A stretch of DNA of 63,925 nucleotides, counting the filler, from Perkinsus chesapeaki ATCC PRA-425 (lineage: Eukaryota > Protista > Perkinsozoa), in the NCBI GenBank assembly GCA_013115145.1. It is 11 parts of 11 records of this genome, joined end to end, with 100 filler letters (N's around TTAATTAATTAA, not from the genome) between each part and the next. Parts side by side here need not be neighbours in the genome. Positions count along the whole stretch, not along the records: positions 1 to 22,814 come from JAAPAO010000571.1; positions 22,915 to 27,811 come from JAAPAO010001215.1; 9 more parts are not named here. One strand, written 5' to 3'. Every line of letters begins with the position of its first letter. Positions within the stretch are counted from its first letter, which is position 1. Position numbers and translations under genes: made by a program. Positions 11,004-23,631 of this stretch are shown piece after piece. The notes below the pieces were generated by a model. It had not been told where the DNA came from, did no database searches, and worked only from the letters and a program-made list of their open reading frames with translations.

Positions 11004-14000
11004 TCATCGGAAAGTAGGCGGCTGGAAGTTTCCAAGATTAGATGTCGATGACGGTTGTCGTGGAGGGAACGTCGGAGGTGTCATGGTGCCGCTCATTCCC
11101 ATAGCTCCCATCGAGCTCGGTGCTGCTCCACCGAAAGGAGCAGCCCCTTGCATATTTCCACGAAGTTGAGGAGATGATGATGGTGCCGCAGCAGCACTAA
11201 CAAGAAGGTATGCACTCACAACGACTATGCTTCAGACTCACCCTGGACCCATCAGGGCCAAGTGGCCACCCGGGCCGCCAAGCCCGAGCGGACTGGGCTC
11301 CACAAAATCGTTTGGCGCCGACTTCTCCTTGTCCTCTGCCAACGACTCCGTCCTGAAGAGAAATAAAACCCGATGCGATAGCAGCGACCTTACTTCTTTT
11401 CAAGAGATTCGATCCGGTTGGTATAGTCCCTCATCAACTGGATCATATACCTACCAAAAACAGTATTAAACTAATATTCCGACAACAAGACCTACGGCAT
11501 CGCAAAGTCCATATAGCCCTTCTTCCATGCAAGCTCCATAACAACATCGGGCCTTATCAGTTCGTAGCAAGTATAGAGGCAAGCCGAGAAACACTCGCGA
11601 CCACAGGGAACGTCTTCGGACGTCGCAAAGTAACTACAACAATCATACCATCAATCCAAACACGAAATTAGTGGGTCTACCGGAGCAGACCTTCTGCCAG
11701 ATCGCGGTTTCCGCTCTCCCTAGCAGACTCCATAGCATCAGTAAACATGCCGTCCTTCTTAGACAACTCGATACTCTGCTTAAACCTACCACATGACCAT
11801 CAACTCAGGTAGACCTCAAGCAACCTCAGTTTACCTTCCGTTCTTGTTGTACACGGTGGCAGCTATCCTACGCATCTGCAGCAGATGATGATTCTCCAAC
11901 CTAATAGATGATGAATTCAAATTAAGCATCTTATTTCTACACAAATTCAGACCGTCAATATGATTTAAGGCAAGCAAAACTTCTCACCCACCTTGCCCTG
12001 GATCACAGAGCTTAGAAGACTCTGCCTTTCTATTACTATTCTACCCACCCCCATTTCTAGGCAGCTATACTGCCACTAAGCTATGTTCATCAACAATGCT
12101 TCCTCCTCTCTCCTTCTATGTGTTCGCCGAGAACGGATAATTTACGGTACATTCTAAGGACTTCCACCATATATATCAGCATCTATACGATTGCTATATT
12201 ATTGCATAATATAATTCCCTCTAGGTGAGATAGTTCATTATAATAAATCCACGATCCGACCGATAGGTAATCCCTCTGTCTTACTTCTGCGCTAATGCAA
12301 TCTGATCAAAGTTGTCAAAGTGCTCAATCGAGCTCCTCAAACCATCAACATCCTCCTCCTCAACCAGCAACTCGTTCAATGCCTCATTAACCTACCAAAC
12401 CGCCGCCCTCGTAGCCTTCCCAACCCAGCACACTCGTACTTGAGGTATATTAGCATTTGGTTGGACTGCTGCTATGTAATCCTGTATCAACGGTAAATGG
12501 CCCGCCTTTCGGACATGCTGGATAACTCTAGCATGGTCCAACTTGGCCTGTATAGCTATAAGCAACTAACCACAGCACAATTTGAACAAAGCCAAAGTCC
12601 ACAACTGTCCTTACGTCGCTCAATAGAAGAGGATGCTCATCCAGATAGAAGTTAATGGCTCTGTAATAGATCTCAGAATTTGACACCTTGCTCATCACAG
12701 ATTGGAAAAGATCCTAAAACCTCAAATTGACCCGCCGATCTTTCGCCAAGGTTCCCTACCTGCGACCAGGCCGTGGGACTATGCTGGATGATAGTATTGG
12801 CGGCAGAGTCGTATTCATCATAAGATACGTACAGATACACTGCCTCCTTCCAAAGGAAGTTAGCCTCGCACGCTCTAAAAATATCACAAAAACCTTAGCG
12901 GAGCGAAGCAAGATTTTGCCGTTTTACCTGATCAGTTTGGGAATATTGAGCCTCGACGTGTTCGCCTTGACGAAATCCATGAGCTTGCCCTTCTTATGCT
13001 TGGCATACAAAATACCGAGCTCCGTGAACCTAGCACGCGCGAACCTAAGATACTCTCCACCCAACCAGCTCTTACATTCCATAATGGGCCTCATCAGAGT
13101 TACTAATACCCAGCTCCAACAGTGTCATGAGCTCATCGTAACGTCCAGCATTCTCGTATACCTATCAAAACATTAACCTCAGTCAGTTCAAAGAGAATTC
13201 ATTGATTCCGCAACAACACTTTACTCAGTACAAAGCTTCAATGCTACGATAATAGTACTAATAATACCGAGGATAGAGGGAAAACTCTGTAAAATATCCC
13301 ACTGTATTTAATAGCAAAGTCCGATGGAAAATACATTCCAGCGACGATAATAATCAGATGCGTTCATTGTACGACAATCTAACACTCCCAAGTTCGGGGC
13401 CCTAACCTCTCCCTTACCTCGATAACCTCATCCAGGTGATCCGGATGTACGATGATGTGAAGACCAGCAGTCTGAGCCGATCGGAAGTCCTCCGCACCAA
13501 CACAGGCAAAGCATATCTCCTTCCACGTTCGAGGGTTCTTAGCCTGACCGACACAATTAGGGAGAGTCTTGCTAAACTACTTTCCTTACCTTCTTGGCAG
13601 CTTCAATGGCAGACGAGAAGTCACCCAAGTTGACGTAGCAAGATGCAAGCTTGGCGTTGTTCGGGATTGATTGGAACAAAACCTGAGAGAACATGAGCCA
13701 TTCGGAAATAATGACAACGGGTTTAAAGAACACGGGATGGTCAAATCTAGAGGGAGATTTTGCGCGACGTTGCGGCACTCAGTCGACTTTGAAACTCATC
13801 GATATAGGCTTTCATTGGAACAAGGAAGCGTGTGAAAGGTTATAGACCCCTTATTAACATAAAGGCAATACAGATTATATCCCATTATCCCCTTTTATCT
13901 ACCTTAGCTGCCTTATAAAGCCTTTCCTCATACAGTCTATCACCAACACTTTGAACCTAATCTCAATACTATTACCCAGCAACCAACTAACAACAAGACC

Positions 14001-17000
14001 CTACATTAGCTGTATTAGTAGCAGCCAAGAAGTCTTCAAGCTCATCCATCCTATCATCGCATTTCGCCAAAGAATATAGCAACTCCGAATCGATGTAGCT
14101 GTCCTTTTGCTTTGTACGGGCCATGCGCAAATACTTAATCAGATCATCATAGCACTCCTCTCTCTCAGCCACGGCGATCACCTGTCATACCGACTTTTCC
14201 ATTCGTAAGCTAACTTTCCGAGTCTACCTCCATATAGTCAGTAGCATCGCCCGCCTTAATATAGCTGTCGATTGCTTCTGGTATCATAGCGCATACACCA
14301 TGGCGAAGCTGGGCCGCACCGAGCTTATACCAAACCTGAGAAAATCGTCTCGAACGTGGGGTCACCCAGCCTGATAGGAAGATGCTCAGCCTCAGCGGAT
14401 CAAACAGTGTCGCGACTCTACGATGGTGGAAGACCAAAACCGAGCCCCATCTCATACATTCCTTCTGTTAGGAGCATCGGATGTTCCTCTATGTTGTCCA
14501 CTAGCCATTCATCACATTAATAAAACTTCTTTTATTACCTTATATATATAATACACTATGGTGCCTTACATAGGGCCCGATATGACTCATTCATAACGAT
14601 CACTATATACTAGTCGACTGCCAGGTCTCTTATTCCTCCCCGAATTCCGCCTACCTGAGGTTCGTTCACGCGGCTGGCGAAATCCTTGGCGCGCTCCAAG
14701 CCGGATCCCTCATCATCGTCCAAATTCGTAAGCAATGTATCCATGGCCTCAGCATTCATACCACACTTCTTATAAATCTCAAAGGCCTCCTCATACCTAA
14801 ACAACATTGTATTGGATCGATCACCAAGTTAACAAAGAGACGCCCTGATTAAATACTACTCCGAAAAATGGATTCGAACCAACTTCACGCGATACTTCGA
14901 TTTTTCAAATAAGCAAATAACTATACTTGAACTTCGCGTGCATACTTACACAGGAAATACTTCACCGCTACACACCAGTTCTAGTTTCCATCTTCTTAAA
15001 ATATCAATATATTCACTTTCATTTTATAAGGTCTATATGCATCACAAAATGTAGCTTAATTTAGCTAATACCAAAGCAACTAGGTCATATTACCACCCAG
15101 TTCACTATTGTCTACTGACGTCATATTCTACATTAAAGTACTACCATCTCCTCCCTCCTAAACCGCCCATACCCCAGACCCTATTACAGATTGTAAGGGT
15201 CCCCCATTGCAATAAGGGCAATCTCAGGACCATCATAATTATCAAGTCGATGTACATAGTCCATCACTCTTGACTTGTCCTAAACAGAAGCAGCTTCGAT
15301 TCCTCTCCAAGGCTTTCGGTGCCTACCGCTTTGATGGCCGTGAGAATAAGAAGATTCTGCAGAGTGCGGTTGTCTGAGAAATCAGAGTTGTGGAGGACTA
15401 TCTTCTCGAGGAGCTCGATGAGTTCATTGGGCAGATCCGCGTCGATAAATGCCTTCACTGCTGCAGTGACCTGAGCGAAAAGATATCATACACACAACAA
15501 CGGCAGTTTTCATAGTTCTTATAATTTCACCGCTTGCTAGTGGGCCAAACACGGCAATTGCGAGCAACGATTATACCGCATGCAGCAGCGCATCCAATCA
15601 CCAATTACGTGGAGTTTCAATTTCGACCTTCGTTCTCGAAATAGAGTTAATAATGATAAAGATTAAAGAAGTTAACGAGACACTTGACGGCAATATCGCC
15701 TCAATGGCTTCAAGCTCCGAAGCTACACGCTTCTTCAAATTCACTAGCATACTTTCATGCCGACACATCCCTTATATTACCTCATCAGCATTCTTGCTCT
15801 CTGGTAGTGCAGTACTAACAACTTGGTCAATAACATGCCTCCTATACTGATTGTCTTCAGACAGTGCCTTGGACCACAACTCGGGGCTTTGACGCTCTAC
15901 AAGATACCTATAAGCGGCGCAGGTGATTTAATAAGTACTAATAATGAGAGCAATCGAACTTGTGATTCATAACAACTAAAATAGCAGCCGAACTTGTTCA
16001 CGGTTGACTATTCAACTTACTCGAACTTTGCACCCAATAATCCTCCGCAGGTAGCAGCATTATTGAGCGTGAACTTTGTAGATATTTTTGAGATGTTTAT
16101 TATTAGGTATTATCATATATATCAATTTTATTAAGCGCAGGTTTCGTAGTAAATCTGTTGACGTTAAAATAGATGCAAATAGTCATGATCACAAGTCGGA
16201 AACGAAAATAAAATCCAGCCGTTCCAAGATGCAAGCTTGAAGCTGAGATATTCCCATACGCACTGTATCCCACCCTTAACGCACCCGCCTTGCTAATGGT
16301 AAGTATTACCTAGCTTGCAGTCTAAATAGACCATTATTATTAGTGACACGCAGTAGTTGTTCATCGCATGTTCCCCAGGCTCTGACACAAAAACCGTTGT
16401 CCCCATCACAACCAAAAAAGCTTACCTCTTATAGGCGATATAAGCCAGATGAGGGTCGCGGTCCTCACAGTAGGCACCAACGACAGCAGAGTCATAATAA
16501 GCATCGTTTTTAAGGAAGTTCTCGGGGTCCTTATTAGAGTCGATATAGATCTTGGCGAGAGCGTTGTGCAGAGCGGGCTCCTAAGAACAAAACACCACTA
16601 CTACTCGTACTCGCAATCCGAAAATATCGTTATTAAACAGACCCAAAGTGTCCTTTTAGGTAATAACAAAAGTCCACTTGAAGACCTTACGTTGACACTT
16701 AAGATCCGAAGTAGGACTCGTGGAAGGCTTTCAAGTTGTAGAATATCATGTACTATATCATATATAGAACTATCATGTAGATATCTATAATATCATTGAT
16801 CATAGATATCAATATCATTGTTATTTCCCTCAAGGACAAACAGTAACACTTTTATTTCACTACTGTGAAATCAGTATGGGCATTCTCACTACCCATACCG
16901 ATTTTCCCACAAATTAACAGTGTGCCGAATTCCTGGAATTCCTACCTGATTTCCCTCAGCCAAGCGTCCTTCCAACCAGGGCTGCAACAGTCTCAGTCTG

Positions 17001-20000
17001 TTACGCTTCTCGACTGCCTCCACAAGCGGCTCCACTGGGCACAGAGACCGGACCTAAACCGACCTCATAAAATATCTTAAGACGAAAGATTTACTTACAT
17101 TGCCGAGAATGTTGTTCTTGATGTAGTCCTCGGAGCAGTCTCTGTCAATCAAAGTGCCAACGACAGTGGGACAGTTCAACGGGTTAACCTTAGTCACATA
17201 AACCTCAATATACCTGACAATAACATTTGTACGCATGTACTAGATGACACGCGAATCAACCTCGAAGGTATCTTACTTCATCAAGTTATTGGAATAAAGA
17301 TAGTCTGTCAGTTCCTCAACATATCCGTGCATATCGCAGACGTAAATGAGTGGTCTTGGATCCTGCAACTTAGCTTCCTTAAGGAAGTCCTTGACTTTAA
17401 CAGGATCATAATATTGACTCTCCCGAACGACCCTCTCAACCTCCTGCATATGCCCAAGCTTGGCTGCCGCCTCGATGTATCTAGAATTTAAGCGTGCTTT
17501 TCACTCCCACAAAAGATACGCCTACTTGAAATGGACATCGGGGTCTTGGCTTGTAGACAGGATTCCTCCCAAGAAGAAGAACATTCCTTCCCAACACTGA
17601 TACTTCTCAAAGATATCCACCAGCTTATCGACGCCAAGCTGGTCATGGTACCTTGAAAGAAAGAAAATAGCTCACCATTTTACAGCCCTTGACAGCTTAT
17701 CAACAAATAGGTATATAAATCGCTCAGAGATTTTTCCATGGTGATTTCCCAGGAAACCGGAACGATATCCAGCTTCAATAGAACTAATATGTGCACTAAG
17801 TCACCAATTAACCTTACGCGTAACAGCAATGCAAAGCGCGGCAGCAGCAGCAGGCAGTGCAAGGCCCTGTGGCAGTAGTCAATAATAAGGGGATAATCCT
17901 CTCCGAGACTTCAGCGAGGTAATGTTTCAGGTAACAGAAATCACAACTTTGTTAACGCACAGTAATTGCGTGTCGGAACCTTCAGCTTCAGAGAGGTCCG
18001 GGAATCTTGGGAAGGATGATCCCCCGGGGATCTCAAATACGCCTTCTAACGTTTTGGTTAGGAAATATTGCTGGTAAATAGGCATTTGAATAAGACCCTT
18101 CCAGAACTAACTTGTCTTTGCGCTAAGAAAACCCTTCACCAGAGCGAGCACGCCGAGTCATAGTCTTGAATATGCTACTCGTCCACTATCAACCACTTCG
18201 TAGGGCTTGTAACAGCCATGAAAACTTAATGCTACTCGCACACTATCAACCCATTTTTACTTGATAGCAACTTGTACAACAACTTGGATATTCTGCTGCC
18301 TATTATATCGTAACATATCCTCTATAAGCTCCAATGCCACACTCTTTGAATTATCAGTGCCATTGCCCAGTACCTATCAGCAACCAAATCTTGCAATCTT
18401 ACCAAATCTTGCATTTCCTCACCTTTCCAATATAATTGGTAAGGAACTCCGGCGACATATCGTGAGAATGCAGCATGCACCGTCTTATATCCGAGATGTC
18501 CGTGTAGTGCTCCAAAGCCCTCTGGTACATACCAGCCTTCTCGCACATCATCGCAATATGTTGTCGGTCATAGTGACTTAACATATTCATTTGAAAGATA
18601 GCCTCGGCGACCTGCAGCGACGTCTGTCAAATCCTTCCCTTGATTTCCCTTCCTTCTACCTGTGGAGCTTGCATAAGGTTCATCTCGAGCAGCCTGGTCT
18701 GTAGCTGGCCCTGCTCAGGCTTGTCATCCTTAAGGTAGTCTAGAAGCACCGACGTGGTCTCTTGTAATTTACCAAGGGACATGAAGGAGTCCACCACCTG
18801 AGAGACGTTACTTCATCACCAAATATAGAATATAAAGCAGGGAGAGGACTCAAAAGCAAGGTTTTGGAGCTGTGCTGCTTCAAAGCTCAACTGTGCAGCG
18901 ACAGAACGTCGGTAACCACAAAGTCGTAAAAAAGGCATCATCTATTAGAGGTGCTTTTGCCAATCGCTCGAAGGAACATTGTGAGTATAATTCCACCAAT
19001 TCTTACCTTATTAATGTCAATCAGTGGCGGATTATTATCCAGCAAATCCTTAGCGAACTTAACGGCGCCCTCAGGGTTCGTGGCCACAATAGTCCTCAAC
19101 ATCCCACCATAATCAGCATTGGCATAGTTAACCCTTTTAACATACTGCACAACCTTCTCATACTCTCCAGCGGCCACAAAGCATGCGATAACTTTATCGT
19201 GGCAATGGGCTCGCAAGTACACGGAGAGAGCCAATTTGTTGTCGAGTGGCTTCACCATATCTCCCAAAGCCTCAGTGCAGGTAAGGCTGTCTTCGCTCAA
19301 CCACTTCTCGATGAATTCCCGACGGCCTTGTGCTACAACTGGTCCCACCAGCTCCATCGATTCGCTCTCGTTCAACCTGACAAGGACGACGCAGGTTCGA
19401 TCCCGGCACATGACGTTTCTATTACTTGTGACCGCTCTCCAATAGGGCTGAGAAATACTGCAGCAATGGGGTGCTCTGGCCGGGAACGGCAGGAGCGTTT
19501 TTGAACTGCTGGATGGTTGCTGGCGATCTCAGAGATCCCGAAGCATCCTGGGCGGCTATGCGAGCAGCTTGCTTGTAGTCACCGGCAGCAAAGTATCTAA
19601 GGTTGAAGGTGGTAAGATACATAATAACTCCGGTCACCATACCTGGTAAACTGCTGCTGGAACATATCCTGCGCTCCCGGTAAACCATAGCGGCGAGCAA
19701 GATTAAAAGCAATATCTTGCCTATTCGAGAGCTGAGAAAGACTCAAATGAAAATCACGCTTAAAGCTAAGATACCATGCAGATGGTTATACGAAGGCGAG
19801 ATTACATACTAACCCATTTCCAGCCTGGAAATTCCTGGAAATTTCCAGGGCTTCAAACCAACTACCGGAGAGTCCAGTGAAGACCCCGAAAAAGCGTCAC
19901 TTTTTTTCGGCGACAGTATTTCCGACGACCATAATAGTCTGGTTACTTCACTACTTCCAAATACTTTACTTTCGGAGTTTTAGAAGAAGACACAACTCAG

Positions 20001-21681
20001 CCGGAGATAATTTATTCGGTGGGTTCCGAGATCATAACAAAGGTTCAACCGCAGCATCTATCAGTCTCTGACTCTCTCCAAACATGCAACATTCCCCGAA
20101 TCTAGCACGCATCGACCTAAGATGCTTACCTGCGGCATGCTATTCATGATATACTGCACGATAGTATCAACATTAATGCCAAAATTAATCACATGTCCAC
20201 CACGGTTGACAAATCGGACACCTCCAGTCTCTAAAGATGCATTAATTTCAAGCGGAGCAAAGCACGAAGATCCACCTACCATCACTGTAAGTAGCAATAA
20301 AGATACTCTCCTGAGAGACCTTATTTCTGAACAGCAACGCTCCGCTGCCAATATCAAAAACAAACGCGTAGCCGCCTTTGGTGAGAGCGTAAACCATACC
20401 GTGCCTGCAGCAAGAATCCAATAATGAAGCCCCTCGACAGAGGAGCCTTACTTAGGACTGATATGCAAGGATACAGCAAAGTCGCTGGGGTTCTCCGCCG
20501 GCATGGGGACATCAACGCCAACCTTGTAGTGAGTAGTACGAGCCAAGTCCATAATGTGCAACTTTGTCGCATTCGAGCCTAGAACGAGCATCAAAAGCGC
20601 CTGGAAGAAGCAAGAACCGTGCCTGCTTTTCTCTCCATAAAACTGAACAGACCGATGGACTTTCCCGAGTCGTCCACTGGGGCGTCCGCGAAGTTGGCAG
20701 CATGGCCCTCCAACAACTGTTGTTGCTTCCTGAGCAACAAGTTCATTCGGTCGTCCGAGAGGGTCGGTCACCTCTCCACAGAAAAAAGCTGCAATGATCC
20801 CTCGATTGTTCGGCCTCCATCGGGAGTCGAGATTCCAGAGAGCACACACCATGTTTGGGAGCTATTGGTGGCATAGGCTATAATCTGATAACGGCGCTTC
20901 AACCTGAGATACTTCCTTTCATGTCTACTTGTGTAGTGTGCTCAGCAAGCTTGCCGGCACGATCAAAAACTTTCACGGGGACCGGATTGGCGCCTTCAAA
21001 TGTCCAATGATAAACCGACCTGGAGATACAAATGAGCTCAGCTCGCGCTCCTCCCTGGCTCACCTGTCACCAACCAATGCTAAACACCTCGGAGCGATCC
21101 AATGCCAGAACACAATATGCTCGTTGGGGAACTGATAAGATCCGAGCTTCTCCTTCGTACCCAAGTTAAAAACTTGCAAGAAGTGTCCTGTATTTCCCTC
21201 AACTCGACCTGACACGGCCGGACATACTTTATGCTTTCACGTGCTTTCCCACCCTTAAGAGCAATGATATTATCAACTGGGTTCATCACAACTGCTTCAG
21301 CTTTCATTGGCCTCCTGGTTACCTGGCGAAGCTTATCGGCCTTCACTGTGATACTTTTTCTTACCTTATTATTATCATGCATATCGACAGTGATGACCTG
21401 TACTGAGCCATCAGGCGCCTGGTCTCTTACTGCTACGTATCTGGAGATATCTCTTATGTTACTAGCATTAATTCCCACTAGCAGTAGTATTAATTCTCAC
21501 TATTACTAGACTACTACACAAAATTCACCGAAGATAGCGAATCAATTATCTGTCCGTTGTCAACCTACTTGTCAGATTCCATCGTAAGAACACCAAAACG
21601 GAAGTCCTTCGAGTTGATCCCCAGATCAGTGAGGTTAACAACACCTGTAATATTCACTGGAGGACTGGATGACGATTGCAT
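11004..21681 (-). CDS. CHC: Clathrin heavy chain, many exons
   Basis: N-terminal [28 protein letters not shown], then [69 protein letters not shown] and a Pro/Gly-rich tail. ATG 21681, stop TGA 11004-11006. Confidence 0.95.
19384..19415 (+). pseudogene. tRNA 3'-half relic, antisense inside clathrin intron 19377-19425
   Basis: GGACGACGCAGGTTCGATCCCGGCACATGACG: T arm with 4 of 5 pairs plus acceptor-like end. Confidence 0.65.
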
Positions 21682-22157
21682 TGCTGTGTCCAGAGAAAGA
21701 AACAAGTAAAGCTTGTCATAAAAACCCATCATTCCCAAATATTCCTGTACGGTTCGCAATTTCTTTAAAAATCATTTAAAAACAAGGAGCAGATTCCACT
21801 TGGAACTGCAGCGAATTTAGAACGCTACAAGTACCTAATTCGATACTGGCATCGTTGTCGCTATCACAGTAAGAGGATTGCGGGGATAGTAGCACAATTG
21901 ACCTAACTGCAGGAAATGCGTGACAAACCCAAAATGGGAGCTCCAGGGTGTTGCATTAGAAGGCAGTTGGATATAGATTGGAAGTAGATTGAAGAGTCCA
22001 GTCGACTCTAGAGGTTACCAGGAAGACGGGTACTGAGGGGCATGCTGGAAGTGTGTACTATTCTCCACATAGTCGAACATTTTTGTGACTCAACGCGTCA
22101 GTAGCCTATTGGTAATATCTCTCATTAACTGGTAAATTACCGGTGGTAATCACTGAA

Positions 22158-22284
22158 GGCGTTCAATAGACCTCTCCCGAAAATTGAAGAGCGCTCATGG
22201 GATTGGATTTAACATGTAAGTCTTACATTTTAAGAGTCGCTCTCGGGAACGCTTTTGAAAGTCGGAGGAGGTCTATTGAACACC
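22158..22284. mobile_element. MITE-like element with ~23-bp imperfect terminal inverted repeats
   Basis: GGCGTTCAATAGACCTCTCCCGA (22158-22180) versus the reverse complement of TCGGAGGAGGTCTATTGAACACC (22262-22284). No target-site duplication seen. Confidence 0.5.
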
Positions 22285-22723
22285 CCACCTGGCTACTCAC
22301 TAAATACTCACATCACTCGGTAATGAGCTATTGAGTGATGTATTTGGATAAGCCTGCATGATTCGCATCATTTCCCGAACAAAAAAATGATCGTTGGATG
22401 CATTATCAAACTTTGATTGCTAAGAATACGCTGCCCAGATTTTGCACGATTTTTCAGGTCCTCAGTACTGACAAAGGGTTTGGATCTGAAACTATGAGGA
22501 TATGCTTATCGTATATAGAAGTGTATATGAAGGATACTCATTGATTAAGCCGTTCTAATCGCGCCTGAATCCTCAAAAATCACGAGTTGTTGAGAATAAG
22601 TTGCACAGTGTAAAATTCATCATGGTCGCAATCTATACCTTTTCAACGCCTATTTCGAGGACAAAAATTACTTCGATTCCGACGGCTAAGGGGGATTCAA
22701 CTTAAGATTCCTGGTTTAGTAAT

Positions 22724-22813
22724 TTCAATATACCCTGGGAGGTGGTAGTGGTTTAGTATCGGCCACTTCAATATACCCTGGGAGGTGGTAGTGGTTTAGT
22801 ATCGGCCACTTCA
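22724..22813. repeat. 43-bp minisatellite running into the contig end
   Basis: TTCAATATACCCTGGGAGGTGGTAGTGGTTTAGTATCGGCCAC, two full copies plus part of a third. Confidence 0.9.
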
Positions 22814-22814
22814 A

Positions 22815-22914
22815 NNNNNNNNNNNNNNNNNNNNNNNNNNNNNNNNNNNNNNNNNNNNTTAATTAATTAANNNNNNNNNNNNNNNNNNNNNNNNNNNNNN
22901 NNNNNNNNNNNNNN
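22815..22914. other. Artificial contig-joining linker, first of ten (others start at 27812, 30749, 46788, 53348, 54922, 57044, 58145, 60632, 62617)
   Basis: Identical 100-nt blocks of N with a central TTAATTAATTAA (stops in all six frames). Confidence 0.97.
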
Positions 22915-22987
22915 TATAATAATAATATATAAATGTAATGATATAATAATAATATATAAATGTAATGATATAATAATAATATATAAA
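22915..22987. repeat. 27-bp AT-rich tandem repeat
   Basis: TATAATAATAATATATAAATGTAATGA, about 2.7 copies at the contig start. Confidence 0.9.
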
Positions 22988-23592
22988 ACTACTAGTGAGT
23001 ATCGGAACTACTAGTCATCAGTGAATTTGTGTCACGAAGATTTAGACAAGCAGGTGAAGTTGGACAGACACCAGAGGCACTACAGCTCATGTTGCCTGGA
23101 ACATATATATATTTGTGCCTCCTTCGCATCACTAGGAAGGCGTATCTGCGAGGCCAGATGATAACCTATACGATCGGGTTTGGTATTTAGTTCCTCGGAA
23201 GCGGCAATCTAATGGAGTTCGGAAGAACATTGGAAAAAGAGGAAGGCGGAGAGGATTTGTAGTGGTGAAGGGGCGGGTGCTACTGGGAAAAAATTTGAGG
23301 AATTTTCGGAAAAAAAATCGGGCAATCTTGCTTGCATGTAGCTTGATGAACATTGAACTTTGGTTAAATTAGTTTGGATGGTGAACGATGGGGGAATAAG
23401 TGGGAAATGCACTGGTAAAAGACGATTATAAATTGCTTTGAAATGGTTTTGTCGTTGAAATATAATAGATATGTACAAATATTAAAATGATTGGTAATAG
23501 AATGAAGAGAGGCAAAAGGTTAAATGGTTAGCTAGGAAAGATACGTAGTTTTAGTATTAATTGAGAAGTAGTGATAGGGAGAATGTTCTGAT

Positions 23593-23631
23593 GCAAACGA
23601 CCCTGGTTCGATTCCCTGTAGAGGCGTTTTT
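23593..23631 (+). pseudogene. Isolated tRNA 3'-half relic followed by TTTTT
   Basis: GCAAACGACCCTGGTTCGATTCCCTGTAGAGGCG-TTTTT; no recognisable 5' half. Confidence 0.55.

Noticed and set aside
11405-11420. GATTCGATCCGG T-loop-like sequence
   Set aside because: Reverse complement of the clathrin coding sequence TNRIESL.
20334-20345. Variant of the GCGGAGCGAAGC motif
   Set aside because: It falls in clathrin coding sequence (IGSGALLF), so it was not counted.
22724-22813. CRISPR-like repeat array
   Set aside because: Head-to-tail repeats without unique spacers, in eukaryotic context, with no cas genes. The same holds for the other tandem repeats.
22859-22870. TTAATTAATTAA palindrome repeated ten times
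   Set aside because: Always centred in identical N blocks; a contig-concatenation linker. ORFs ending in X..LIN are artefacts of it.
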